Shown here: positions 16,391 through 30,110 of the stretch, in pieces
Layout of the letters: each line of letters opens with the position of its first letter
Numbering within the stretch: the stretch's first letter is position 1
NCBI RefSeq assembly: GCF_009914755.1
Contig: NC_060931.1
Direction: 5' to 3' (one strand)
Origin: the human T2T-CHM13v2.0 reference genome, Homo sapiens
Length of the DNA: 64,000 nucleotides
The notes under the pieces: model-generated
What the model saw: the letters and a program-made list of their open reading frames with translations, nothing else
What the model was told of the DNA's origin: nothing
Databases searched by the model: none
Translations under genes and position numbers: made by a program

Positions 16391-16598
16391 CTACAACTAT
16401 CCAGTATAGTAGCCTGTCACCACATGTGGCTATTTAAATTTAAATTTAAATTTAAATGAAATGAAATTAAAAGTTCGCCTTCTTAGTTACACTAGCCACA
16501 CTTCAAATTCTCAATTAGTCTGTGGGATGAGTTGCTACTGTATTGGGAGTGTAGAACAGAATGTCTCTATCATTGTAGCAAGTTCTATTGGACAGAAC
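16391..16598 (-). mobile_element. MER3 (hAT-Charlie)
   Basis: 'ccacatgtggctatttaaatttaaa...agttctattggacag' matches the reverse of the recalled MER3 consensus. Confidence 0.8.
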
Positions 16599-16792
16599 CG
16601 TCAGAGAAGCAATGAAGCCAGTCTTAAACCTAGCGGATTTGGTGGTTTCAAAGTCCAGACTTGTAACTACTGTGCTCAACTGTCTTTTTCTCCCTTCCAT
16701 AAGAAATAAAGGGACTAGTATAGAGAGTCTATGAGTTGATATTAACCAGAGATGGATAAAGGGCAAGACTGATGAATAGAGACTGAATGGAA

Positions 16793-17460
<668 letters not shown>

Positions 17461-18183
17461 TTAGTACCATGTAAATTGGCAGCCATCCAGAGAAATCCCT
17501 TCTCTTCCAGATCATCATACCTTATCTATTTAGGCTTCTTCACCTTGAGTCTGATGTCACCTTTCTTCCCTGGTTCTATTACATCTGCTTTTGAGTCAGT
17601 AGAGCCCATTTCACTTCTCTGATAAAATACACATTTTTTAGTTTGCAAACTTTGGAACACAAAGCAAATCTTAGCACTCTTCTGTGATTAACCTTGACTT
17701 CAAGGGATTGCAGGATCATATTGTTTGAAAAGTTTTTCTACTTTTCATGGGCTCCTTCCTCCAATAAACAGAAACTAGCCTCCTAGACCAGAAGTCACTA
17801 TATGTAAAACGAGGCTGATAAAATTATTTTCAGGAGAAAATTAAGATGGAAGGAGACTAAATCATAGTTTAAAATTTTACTTCTAGACTCAAGTAATAGC
17901 CTTATAAGTTTCATTTTTTATTGTTAATAGTTTGGCCAAACATAGAAAACAAATCCTAAGTGTTTGAGCGAATTTACAATTTTCAAGGTGGCAACACATT
18001 GACATTCTATAAAGATAAATTCAACCTCTCATATGCCAAGTATTAGGAAAGATTTTATTCTTATACCTAGGAATTTCCATGGCACCCTCCTGTCCTGACC
18101 ATCACCTGTGCTTCTCTTGGTCTCTATATCCTGTTACATCGAAGCCCATCCCTGTTTTTCTCTGTTAAGACCTAATACAACTA

Positions 18184-18443
18184 GGCCAGGGGCAGTGGCT
18201 TATGCCTGTAACCCCAAAGCTTTGGGAGGTCATAGCGGGAGGATTGCTTGAGGCCAGGAGTTTGAAACCAACCCAGGCAACATAACGAGACCCATCTCTA
18301 CAAAAAAATAAAAATAAAAAATTAGCTGAGCTGGGGCAGGAGGATCCTTTGAGCTCAGGATTTGGAGGCTGTGGTGAGCTATGATTTCACCACCGCACTC
18401 CAGCTTGGACCTCAGAGCGAGGCCCTGTATAAAAAAAAAAAAA
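18184..18443 (+). mobile_element. AluJ (Jo-like) with internal right-arm deletion
   Basis: J diagnostics 'ggattgcttgaggccaggag' and 'gctatgat'. About 35-40 nt missing after 'attagctgag'. Flanking 'atacaact' repeats. Confidence 0.88.
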
Positions 18444-18487
18444 ATCTCATACAACTGAATCATTATTCCCTTCTGTAAATTGCAAAA

Positions 18488-18593
18488 AGAAAATGAATAA
18501 TATATGTAAATTATTACTATTATATTTATATTGTAAGCATAGAAAATGAATAATATATGTAAATTATTACCATTACATTTATATTTTAACCAT
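18488..18593 (+). repeat. 53-bp tandem duplication
   Basis: Copies at 18488-18540 and 18541-18593 differ at 4 positions. Confidence 0.95.
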
Positions 18594-20199
18594 TTTACAT
18601 ATAAAATACTTTTGCACGTAAAATTCTTAGAATACTACCAAGTATGTAATAAGAACTTCATAAATATTAGCTATTTTCATTATTATTCTCAGCACTCTAA
18701 CCACTTTCCCCGCTTTTTTAAAGCAGGTCTTTAATAGATGCCTCAAGGCATCCAATCTACCTTCCTGCAGCCGCCTGTATCTTCCAGCCCCAACCCTGTG
18801 TCCTACCAGCTCATGTACAATGCATGTCCCCTTTGATGAGCACTGCTTCTCCTCATCTTCCTAATGTACCCTGCAAATTGGAATTCCTGACTCTGAATCC
18901 TGTAGTAGGCACTATTGAGACTTCACCTGTTTACCACGAGCATTTTGTAGTCTGAAGGAAAGATCTCAACGCAGAGAACAATAAGTCTGTTTCTCCAGGG
19001 GTGGAGGTTTCTCCACACTTTTCTTTCAGTGGAGGACAGTTCACGTGACCTCACTTCCACATCTCCAGCCAAGGGTTCTGGGTTCCACGGATGTGGGAAG
19101 GATCCAGGTATAACCATGAGTTCCTGGCTACTCTTTCAGTAACAGTTGGGGCTTCCCAACTCCATTTAAAAACAGTCTAGAAAAACTCGAAAGTTGGCAG
19201 CTGAGATTGAGTGAATTTCCAAGTGCATTGGGTTGGTGCCTGATTTCAGTGGGGAGCCTGTAAGGGCTACCCGGAAAGGCGATTATCCCTCTGCAGTTCT
19301 GGATGCCTCCCAGAGGCTCCAAAGGGGTTAAAATTTACTGGTTTTTGTTTGCAATGTATGTATAAGGAAGCACTAAAGCCCCGACATGTTCATGAAACCA
19401 GACATTTTATTCATTTTATACTACAAATGAACAACAACAACAAAAAAGCCAGCATATCATGAACCAGACAATGGAGAAGTGTAAGATATTTGGCAGTTTT
19501 TAATGTTGGGAAAATTCACATATTAAAACTACCTGTGCTTATAGGCAACTGCATGAAACAGGAGTAAATTAGGGTACACCATGTTGCTGAGGTGTGATGT
19601 CAGATGAGACCACATGAGGATGGTAAGGTATCCAAGGGACCACAGTTTTCTCAAAATTTCTTAACATTCTGTCACTGAATCACATTAGTCTTTTTATATT
19701 TATATTTCCTCAGGCCTTGGTTTGGGACTGTGTTCCTGAAAGACACAATGATAAATTATTCATTTGTATATAAATAAAGGCAGCAGATTCTGGATGGAAG
19801 AAGTGTTTGCAGAGTGAAAGTAATTCCTGTAAGATAAAGGGTAATTCTGAATTATGGCAACTTATTTTCTTCATCAATGCCCTGTTAACCTGAAGTTAAA
19901 TAAGCTATGAGCATTAGTGCCTAATAGGGCGGGAAGATTGTGCTTCAAACTGGTGAGCAGAACCTGCATAAACTCCAAGTGATATTAGCCATTTCTGTTT
20001 AAGGAGCCTTGGAATATACCAGTGTAGTTCTGGGCACTTTATATACAGTGCCTTTGATTTTCTTAACCCTCCTTCAGTGTTGATTTTGTTATTTGCTGAT
20101 GATGTAGCTAAAGCTCAGAAAGTTATGTGACTTGTCCAGAGCCACCTACCTGGTAAGTGGAAAAGCAAGGTTCAATTCCATGTCTCTCTATTCCTTTAT

Positions 20200-20935
20200 A
20201 TATATATTTTTAGTTAGTCCCTTTTATTCTTATTTCCTCATTTCCCACTCTCATTGGCTTCCTCACCCACTGACAAACCATTATAATAAGTCTGATATGT
20301 ATCCTTTTGTTTGTATGGATTCTTGTAAAAAAAAATCTCTCTTGTGTTCCTCCATTTTTAATTTCAGTAAATGGTATTCTGCTATAGATTTATTTCTCTT
20401 GTTGTTATCCATTTGTTTATTTTTAAACTGTTTCCACGCAGTGCTAGGTTTTGAAGCTCCACCCACGTGGCTGTATGCACCTCTGGCTCGTTATTGCTGA
20501 CGACTGCACAGTACTCCAGAGTTGCGTCCACCACATTTCCGCCCTGTCCATTGCCCTGGCAACAGATGCCCAGATTGCCCCTAGATTTCTACCACACCAG
20601 ACAACTGGGAAGTGGACATCTTGTACACATTCTTTGATGAGCCTAGGTGGGATTGTTTGGGAATTGCTGGACCATAGGGCACACATATGCTAACTTGGAC
20701 CACTTTGGGCCAGTTTGTTGCTCTCCAGCCTGGCTGCTCCAGCCCCCACACATCTGCTGGCAGTGCCGAGCAGTCTTGCATCCCCTCATCCCCACTGGCA
20801 CTTCCAGTTTTCTCATTTTTCTAATTTTGGCCAGTCTGATTGTATAAACTGATATTTCATTGTTTTAATTTACATTTCTCTAAATTATTAACGAGTTTGA
20901 AAATTATCTCTTCATATGCTTGTTAGTTGAACTTT
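20200..20935 (-). mobile_element. Ancient L1ME-type 3' relic
   Basis: Antisense L1-like 'ctaattttggccagtctgattgtataaactgatatttcattgttttaatttacatttctc'. Confidence 0.6.
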
Positions 20936-21004
20936 TTCTACTGCTACCCTATTGTCCAGTTCAGGAGATGAAGGTCATGGTCAGGACCCTGACCATCTCT
21001 CTAG

Positions 21005-21285
21005 ACTAGCATTGTTCATCTAAAATATTATGCCACCCACATATGTAATTGCACAATTTCTAGTAGGCACATTATAAAAAGGTGAAAGGAGATGAGTGAA
21101 ATCAATTTCAATAATATATCTTAATATATCTAAAATACAGTAATTTCTACATATAGTCAACATAAAAATTATTAGTGAAATATTTTATATTCTTTTTCTT
21201 TTTGTACTGTCTTTCAAATCCTGTGTATATTTAACAATGAAAGCAAATCTCAATTTGGATGCTAAATTTTCAGTGGTCAAATTGA
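21005..21285. mobile_element. hAT-Charlie MER (MER33/Charlie5-like)
   Basis: 'ccacatatgtaatt...tttctagtaggcacatta...aatctcaatttgga' resembles the recalled MER33 consensus. Confidence 0.6.
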
Positions 21286-23012
21286 AATATAGTCACTTTA
21301 TGCAAGTGAATTTTTGTTTAACCAAAAAATATTTTACACTGCTTATAAAATTTTGGATATGCCTGATTATTAGAAAGCTCTTCCTGTATTGGGCCAAATA
21401 GTACTGCTTTCCATGACCACAAATAAAATGTGTAATTCGTCTTCGAGAGAACATCCAAATGAGCCTTGGATTATTGCTCTTGGGTTTTTCTTTCCCCACA
21501 ACATCTCCTTTTCTCAGTTGTCAATATCCCCAATTCCCCCAATGGTACCTTACATGACATAATTCCTTTGCTTTATCACAGTGGGCCCTTGGGTTGTATG
21601 CATTTCAGATCGTCTGTACCTCTCCTGAGACGTCACACTTGGACCAGCATGGTTCTCTAGATGTAGTCCATGGATGGGGTGGTGCCCAGATGAATTTTAG
21701 TCCCCTGTGACCCAGACACTCTGCTACAGCCAGAGTAACTTGAAACTAAATTTTCATTTAGCAATCACATTAGGACTTAGTGAACAATTGCTTGTTGTCT
21801 GTTTATTCACCTATTGACGTTTTTCAAGCACCCACTATAAGTTTAGTATGTCTGTTAAACTATAGCTTAGACATGGCCTTCTACTCACTACAGTTTCTAA
21901 GGAAGGAGAACCAACCTTAGAAAAATAAAATTCTTTTTAACAAATAGTTGGTTGCCCTCCATTGTAGCTCCCCCAAAAAGCCTTCCACAGACTCATTCTC
22001 AAAAGTAAGTGTCGCATGTTTAAAAAATTGGACCGGGACCTGAAACTACATAGCGGCAAAGGCTCTTCCTCCACTGGCATCTATCCAGGATGAATTAGTA
22101 AAAATCTTTAAATCTGTTGTCAGTCTGACATAAGGATTAGTTAATGTATTTTATGCAAAGGCAAAGCCAGCACAGATTCTCATTTTAATAAGAAATATAT
22201 GATATAGAAAGATAAATTTTCATCTTTATATCATTGATATAGTACATTATACAGATGTACCTAATTAAGAGATAATGATATGTAATATGGTAGGCATTAA
22301 TAACAAAGACAATGTGGAAGATTGTAGGACAAACCATCAGTGAAATGATTGTATTAGGATATAGCTTTTGTAATAGAAGAAAACATGCTGTAATGAAGGC
22401 ATGAAAAATACAGTTGTTTACAGTGACTTTTCCAGGTTTGGTCACTGTTCAGTCCAGGGTAGGTGATGAGAAAGAACAGAACGCAGACTCCAGGCAAGAA
22501 GGAGAGTAGAGTAGATAAAAGAACCTCCTTTCTTGTTTCCTGTACTCCTTCCTGTTGATTACAGGCTGCCTCTGACCATACACCCAAAGAAAGGGGTAAC
22601 AACTTTAACCCTTAACTTAGGTGAGGACTAGTTTGAGAAACACCTGATAGTAAGGAATAATCAAGGGCATGGAAAGATAAATGGCCTGGAGTCATCCTTT
22701 CCTGACTTTTCCAAATCTCTCCATTTTTGTCATTGTCAGAAGTAGTTTCATTTGGACCATGGCAGCTACAGGGTGCAAGTATTTTTCCTTTACCTTTAAT
22801 GCATCTTGGAACAGGTGGAGTAGGTGGAGGTTGGAGAGCACAGAACAAATGAAAAAAAGAAAAACCCACATCTGACCCAAGAAGACTGAAGATGGACTCT
22901 CTGACTCCTATTTGCCTCCAGACTCCTAGGACTAATTCAGTTCAGCAAACAGTCTACCAAAATACACTGTGCTAGTCATTATAGGATCCCAAAGACAAGA
23001 GATGTATCACTC

Positions 23013-23115
23013 CCACAGTCTAGTGGGGAGGAAATGGCACCAACACCCAGATAATGAGAATCAAGAGTAGAATGTGCTAAATGGCCTAAGGAGCCCATAA
23101 CCCCTGGCCCACGGA
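23013..23115 (+). repeat. 103-bp dispersed duplication, donor copy
   Basis: Ungapped match to 25925-26027 with 9 mismatches. Confidence 0.95.
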
Positions 23116-23217
23116 CTGGTACTGGTCATGGCTTGTTAGGAACCCAGCCACACAGCAGGAGGTGAGCAGCGGGCTAGCGAGCACTGCTGCCTGAGCCAAA
23201 AAGGTTGGAGACCTCTG
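23088..23217 (+). mobile_element. MER1B, internally deleted
   Basis: 'ggactggtactggtc..tgttaggaacc...cagcaggaggtgagc...gcctgagc' is fused directly to the terminal 'caaaaaggttggagacc'. Confidence 0.85.
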
Positions 23218-23825
23218 GCCTGAGAGAAACAGAGTGTTGTAGAAGCTTAAAAGGCAAAAGCCTTCACATTTAATTTGGGGACTTGGGGTCCCCAAATTAC
23301 TCAAACTATTGAGTAAATAGTCTGTGAGGTAAACCTTAAAGGATGAATAGGATTTTCATAGGTAAAGATGAGCAGGAAAATGCATGCTAGGTTGTTACTC
23401 CAGAGGGAAGTCCCAAGTGATGTTGTGCACACAGAATTCTTCACCTACTGTACCTAAAGAGCTAAGTAGTAAAGACATCCATGTTCTTGCTCTCTGGGTC
23501 TCGTAGTATCATGAAGATAACCCAGATTATTCTCAGAGCTAGAGATCACCTTTGCTTCCTTGACAAGTCACGTGCAATTTTGACAGCCAGCTACCAGGTT
23601 AACAAATATAAATGTGAACCCAGGATACAGATAGAGTCAGGTCTTTTTCCTCCTCTTAAAGGCAATTAGTAGTTATTGACCTGGGGCTTCTGGGTAAATG
23701 ATTGTCTAAAACATCCATTTGTAAAGGACATCTTTACAACTCCGTAAGCACTAACTTTCGGGTAGCCAACTTCAGCAGACTAGAAAAATCAGCATATTAT
23801 GTATTTAAGTCTCCCTTTCCCATCC

Positions 23826-24237
23826 TGTATCAGTCAGGGTTCAATGAGAGAAACAAAACCAAAAGGAGATAAATATTAAGAGATTTATTCTAAGGAATTG
23901 GCTTATACAATAGTGAAGACTGGTTGGGCAAGTCTGAAATCCCTAGGGTAAGCTGTCAGGAAGGGCAGACTGGAACACTCAGGCATGGGTTGAAGCTGCC
24001 TCCTGCAGGTGGAATTTCTCCTCTTCCTCCTCCTCCTCCTCCTTCTCCTGCTCCTCCTTCTCCTCCAGCTTCCTCTTTCCTCTTTTTCATCTCAGTTCTG
24101 CTCTTAAGGCTTCCAACTGATGATGGACTTTAATCACATCTACAAAATACCTATATGGCAACAGCTAAATTAGTGTTTGATTGAAAAACTGGGGGTGCTG
24201 TACCCTAGTCTATTTATACATAAAATGGACAATCACA
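23826..24237 (-). mobile_element. MLT2-family (ERVL) solo LTR with internal (CCT)n tract
   Basis: TG...CA termini (tgtatcagtcaggg / ggacaatcaca). 5-bp TSD catcc/aatcc. Confidence 0.8.
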
Positions 24238-24319
24238 AATCCCATAGACAGCCCTGGTATTAGGGTGAGGGAAGGTAATATAAACAATGGGATCAGGCAA
24301 TTTACAGCAATGGCGGAAG

Positions 24320-24608
24320 GGAATCCATCAAAGACACAAAAGGCCACATAGCATATGAGTTTATTTATATGAAATATCCAGAAGAGACACATTTACTGTG
24401 GATTTGTGGTTGCCAGGACCTGGGGGAGTGGAGACTGACTGCTGAGTGCGTATGAGGTTTCCATCTAGGAAACATGAAAAAGTGTCGGAACTGGTAGTAT
24501 GGCCGTACAATATTGTGAATGCACTTAATACCGTTCAGTTGTGCACTTTAAAATGGTTAAAATGTAAATTTTATGCCAAGTGTATTATTACTGTGTGTAT
24601 AAAAAATA
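24320..24608 (+). mobile_element. L1MB/ME 3' end fragment
   Basis: 'acacaaaaggccacatag...ttgtgcactttaaaatggttaa...ttttatg'. Confidence 0.7.
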
Positions 24609-25924
24609 ATCAGATTTTTATTTGGTCTGACCACAGTGGGCTCGAAATTGAAACATACTTCTCTTTGGGGGTCAGTAGGGTGTAATTTAAAAGTGTCAGT
24701 TTCATATGTTTACCTTTGTTTTAGCACGGGATTTACCTGTTTTTGACAAGTGCCAGCCTTAGTTCCCTTACAGAGTTGAGATGTAAGTTGTTTTAGCCTG
24801 TTGTTCTACATGTACAGCTTATAACGTGAGAGCATAGGCAGGCTTTACTTAGACAACTTGAAAGTGTATTGAGCCATAAAGACAATACAGCATTGGGTGA
24901 CTTTCACAGAGCCAGTGATGGAGATCTTCAGATACAAGAAGCTTTTGTTTAGAGCATGCTGATTGGGAAGATGATCATAAATCTCTGGCCTGTCAGAAAC
25001 AAAACTGAGATTTAGCTAGGTTATTGTACTGGGGTTCCTGGGAATATTTTACTGCCATGGCTCTTTTCTTCTCGATAAATTCTTTTCAGGCTGGATCTTT
25101 ATTGAGAGCTGTGATTTGTGGATCCTTTCCTCTGTGTATAGCATGAGCTGTTGCTCGATGGATGTCAGCATAATGATCCTTTTGCAATGGTGACAGTTTG
25201 GAGAAATGTTTTCCAAATGTGTTGCTACTGACAGACATAGATGAATTTCCAACAAGAGTTATGGATCACCAGGAAAATGGACTCTGACAGTGCCCTGGAG
25301 CCAGGGAGTGAAATAGACCTTCCCCTGGATGAGCCTGCATGGGGCAGATGTGCAGAGATACACAAAGAGGGCCAGCCTGAGAATACCCTTCTATTTACGC
25401 CTATGCTTCTTCCTTGTCAACTAGAAACCACACGTTGCATATTTATTGCCCTCAATACAGAGATTTCTCCTTGGGAATATTTTCAGCTCTTTTAGAAGCA
25501 ACATTAAATATTTTGAAGCCACTAAGGAGGAATTTATTTACTGGCATAAGTGGAACACTAGACACCTGATAGAGCCTTCAGAAGGTCCTATGTTAGGCTT
25601 CACTTATGTCACTTTACAAGTTAAAAATAAAATTTAAAATTATTATATACTATCATAGATGCGATTGTTAGCTGATTTGGGTCACTGAAAGACATATTTC
25701 AGATAAAATTAATTTTTTGAAGTGTCAATGTTCCCATCCTGAATGACTCAATAAATATGTAAAAAAACTAAGTTTAATTTGATGTGGTCTTTTCCACAAA
25801 ACTAACTTAGCCAATTCATATATCTTGGCCATTCTTTGACTATTCATGTTCTTGAGTCCTGCACATAGGAAACCATAAGCAGCTTTAATCTTTGTGGGAG
25901 AAAGAATTCTACCCAATTCTGTGT

Positions 25925-26027
25925 CCACAGTCTAGCGGGGAGGAAATGGCACCAACACCCAGATAATGAGAATCAAGGGTAGAATGCGCTAAATGGTCTA
26001 AGGGGCCCATAACACCTGGGCCCTGGA
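25925..26027 (+). repeat. 103-bp dispersed duplication, derived copy
   Basis: Copy of 23013-23115 that ends ~28 nt into the MER1B sequence. Confidence 0.95.
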
Positions 26028-26955
26028 TTTAAAAAGTGGCCAGCACAGTGTTCTAATTGCCATTGCTGGCATGCTCCAGTCGGGCTGGCCTAGCTCTTGG
26101 GAACACCTATTGAAAGACAATTATTTATGAGTGTGACATTGTATGTTGGATGTATAAGATGTGCTAAATACTTCATAGACATGGTTTTATTTTTTTCCAA
26201 TGACAATTTTCTGTATCATGTGTTATAAACTGACACTCAGAAGTTAGTAACTTACCCAAAGTCACACAAATAGTAAGTGAGATAGTTGCTTCAATTGCAG
26301 GACAGTCTGATCCTCAAATCCTGACACTTTCCGTTGCACCATGGTAACAAGGATTTTCAGCACAGTTATTCCCAGAGCTAGTCACCAGGAAGTGCCATAG
26401 CACACTTATACTTTTAAAGGGATGGGGTGGGTGATCCAGGGAAGCCACGCAGTAGGAAGATCTGGGCAATGGCAAGTAATTCACTTGAAGAGCTCCTCTT
26501 CTCTCCAAAAACACAGCTCATGCATAACCTGCTCTTTGGAGTCTTGCGTTCCAATGTATCATGTTCCACAGTTAACCTCCCCTGTGCTTGCTGTGCACCT
26601 GCTCATATGTCTGTACTCATGCTTGTCATACTTTATCGTACCTGGCACAGAACTTGCCATAAAGTAAGATCTTAATGAATGCTTAATGAACTGATAAGGT
26701 AAATGCATCCAGATAAAGCTCAGAGAATGGGAAGCCAGAGGGAGGAAACTGAGCAGGTGAAGTAGGAGGTTGGGAAAAAGCAAACTGGACTTGAAGAGGA
26801 GCCCCAATTCTATGTCTGCCTTATAGCAGGTGAGCCAGCCAGCCCCAGAAATATACATGGAGCTTGATGATAAAACACAGGCTTTGTAGTCATTATATTT
26901 TCAGCTTTAGGGAGGTTGATTTCCACAGTGAGTTGTTGGGTTTTTTTAAAAAAGT

Positions 26956-26961
<6 letters not shown>

Positions 26962-27015
<54 letters not shown>
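26962..27015 (+). repeat. (GT)n microsatellite, ~27 units
   Basis: Uninterrupted dinucleotide run. Confidence 0.97.
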
Positions 27016-27018
<3 letters not shown>

Positions 27019-27142
27019 CATTTACATACTTCTTGCCCAGGATGAAAACAAGAAATACTTTGAAGAAAGACTTCAGAGGAGAGTGGAAATAGGGAGATCA
27101 ACTGCTGTGAAGACTCAAAGATCCCCACTTTGGTCTCTAAGC

Positions 27143-27488
27143 CAGGGATGGGCAAACGATAGCCCATGGGCTAAATTCCTCTTGTGGACTGTTTTTGTAT
27201 GATTCTACATGCAAAAGCGGAGCTAAGAATGACTTTTACATTTTTTAATGGCCAAAAAATCAAAAGAAGAATAATTTGTGGCATGTGAAAATGACAAGAA
27301 AGTCAAATGTCAGTGTCCATAAATAAAGTTTTATTAGAACCCAGCCATGCTCAGTCACTTGTGTATTGTCTATGGCTGTTTTCGCATTACAAGGGCAGAG
27401 TTGAGTGGTTGCCATTGAGACTGGATGGCCCACTAAGCCTAAAATATTTATGATCTGGCTTTTTGCGGAAAACGCTTGCCAACCCTTG
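27143..27488. mobile_element. MER58B (hAT-Charlie)
   Basis: TIRs cagggatgggcaaac / cttgccaacccttg. 8-bp TSD ctct(a/g)agc at 27135-27142 and 27489-27496. Confidence 0.88.
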
Positions 27489-28359
27489 CTCTGAGCCTTG
27501 GTAGCATCATCCCCTTTTAAGGCTGGTGGGAAAATAGAATAACATTGTTTCCATTGTTTCAGGAGCCTTCTAGCAGAGTATATTGATTGTATTTATAGAT
27601 TCCTATTGATTTTTGTTGTTACTTTAATCTGTGTTTGTGTGAAGGGCCTGGAATAATTGTTGTACATTGTCAAGGTACATTCTAAATAGCATCTGGAAAA
27701 TCTCTCATGACTGATTTTGGTAAAGAAGCTTTAATTTCTAAATTGCTTTTGAACTTTTCCATCTGAAAGTGGGAGCTGAAGGAGAAGCAAGGAATAGGTA
27801 AATAGCAGCCTTTGGCCCCGCACTACTTTGTGAGCCACCCTTGGGATTAACGAGATAATGTACAGGCAGCATTTTGTGCTTGTCAAGGAAAGGTACTACA
27901 TAAATATAAGACATTATTATTAGTAACACAGAGAAGGCCTTGAGGAAACGATCTTCATTTCTGACTCACAGAATAATAGGTTTCTACAAAAATAATTAAG
28001 ATCTGATGATTAAATGTATGCTTGTAATGGGGTCAAAGTAGCAAGGGTTTAGGAACAAGGTAATCTTGGAGTAATGAGAGAGACCACTGTGATTTCAAGA
28101 TATACAAATCTATCCGGATTAAAAAAGACAGGCAATAATTTTCTGCTCTCTTGACACAATGTAAGATTTGATGCTGCAAGAATAACTGTGATTATTGGTC
28201 AGAAATCACTTTGGGATCCACCTCTTTTAAAGGGTTGGCATTACACCACCTGACCAACACTGAGGTTCTCCAGGAACTAGGGGATGTGAATGTGTGATGC
28301 AGAAATGCTCCTGGACTTTTCCCTCTTCCCTGCTAGGTCTTCTTCTTCCCAGAGATGTT

Positions 28360-28610
28360 CCTGGGTTCTAGTTGGGGGTTCTCCTTAGAGCAGAGGCTGG
28401 GACAAGAACTTTGGTGCAGGCAGTTTATTTGGGAGGTGCTCCTCAGAAATAATAGTGAGAGATCAGTAAGCATAGACAACTAAGAGGAAAAGTCAGCCAA
28501 AGGTGTATTATTGAGCTGGGTAACCTGCAGGCCACTGGGGCTCTATCTGCTGGGGACCCTCTGAGGCGCTGTGTGGAATAAGCCTCAGACCGTCCTTCTG
28601 AAGGAGGCTG
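28360..28610 (-). mobile_element. Ancient ERVL-type LTR fragment (LTR67B-like)
   Basis: 'agcagaggctgggacaagaac...gcagtttatttgggaggtg' resembles an antisense ERVL LTR 3' end. Confidence 0.5.
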
Positions 28611-28862
28611 GAATTAGTAAACTCATTACATCATAAAAAGAGCCATTGCCAGGTTTTGAGGTCACATGTGCTAGGTCATTTGCCTAAGATGTTTTGTTTA
28701 ATTCTGAAAACAATTGAGAAAGGTATCTTTAGTCACATTGTACAGACAGGAAACTGAGGATTTTATTATAAATGTTATAAAGTCACTTAGTAAGTGTTAG
28801 GATGCTGATCCAGGTCTGCCTAACAGCAAACCTCATGCTGTTTCCTCAATGCTATGTAAGGA

Positions 28863-29595
28863 TGTAACTGCCCAATGGGTTCATCTTGTCCACTGCCCAG
28901 ATAGAGCCAATTTATCAAGAGAGGGGAATTGCAACAGAGAAAGAGTTTAATACTGTACACCCAGCTAAATGGGAGACCAGAGTTTTATTATTACTCACAT
29001 CAGCCTCCCTGAAAATTCAGAGGCTAGAGTTCTTAGAAGATAGTTTGGTGGGCATGGGGCTAGGGAATGGAGAATGTTGATTAGTTGGATCAAGGATGAA
29101 ATCATAGGGAGTCAAAGCTGTCCCCTTGTGCTGAATCAGTTCCTGGGTGGGAGCTACAAAACCAGATGAGCAAGTTTACTTGCCTGGGTGGTGCCCAGAG
29201 GCATCAGAATGCAGGGTCTGAAAAAAATACCTCAAACACCAATCTTAGGTTTTACAATGCTAATGTTCTCTATAGGAACAATTGGGCAGGTTAGGAATCT
29301 TGTAGCCTCTGGCTGCATTACTCCTGAGCTGTAATTTGTAATCTTATAGCTAACTTGTTGGTTTGACAAGGGCAGTCTTCTCCTCAAGGGAGAAGGGAGT
29401 TTGTTTTGGCGACTGTTATCACCTTTGTTTAAAAGTCAAACTACAGATTAGATTCCTCCCAAAGTTAGTTCAGCCTGTGCTCAGGAATGAACCAAGGGCA
29501 GCTTGGTGGTTAAAGGCAAGATACAGTCAGTTAGGTCAGCAATCTTTCACTGTCATAATTTTCCCACTGTAATAATCTTTGCAACAGCAGTTTCA
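28863..29595 (-). mobile_element. LTR8-family (LTR8A-like, ERV1) solo LTR
   Basis: 733 bp with TG...CA termini. Reverse strand starts TGAAACTGCTGTTGCAAAGATTAT. 4-bp TSD agga/agaa. Confidence 0.88.
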
Positions 29596-29669
29596 AGAAT
29601 ACAGCCTCTTTCTCTGTTGGTATATTTTAAAATTATAAATGGTTTCTGATTTGTAATGTTGGAAGGATA

Positions 29670-30110
29670 AGTATGTGATGGGAGATGCTGCTGCAGTAAC
29701 GGAGAATTCCTCAAATCTCAGTAGTTGAACCACTCCTTACTTCTCTGATGACGTGCGCATGCAGGTGATGAGGTGGCTCTGTGTTGGTGCAATCCTCACC
29801 TGGGGATCTAGGCTGATGGAGCAGCCACTGTCTGGCAGTGCTGGCTCTAGGCTGAGACAGGTGAGGTATCTGTGGCATCCACTCTCAGTGTTGTGCAAGC
29901 GCTAACCTTGAATTCACATGACCTTGGGAGTGAACGCCTCCTTCAAATTTGTACCACAGATGCCTCATTTAACCTAGTCAGATCCTTGCCATTGGGACTG
30001 CATATAGCAGAGGGAAGAGGGCCTGGTGAAGCAGCCTCTTAAAGCTTTCACCCAGAGTGACATGATTTTTCTGTTCACATTTTATTGGAAAAGCAGGAAG
30101 GATGCTGGAT
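29670..30110 (-). mobile_element. MLT1 (MaLR) LTR relic
   Basis: 'tgctgcagtaac...caaatctcagtagtt', 'ggggatctaggctgatggagcagcc', 'gttcacattttattgg'. Confidence 0.5.
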
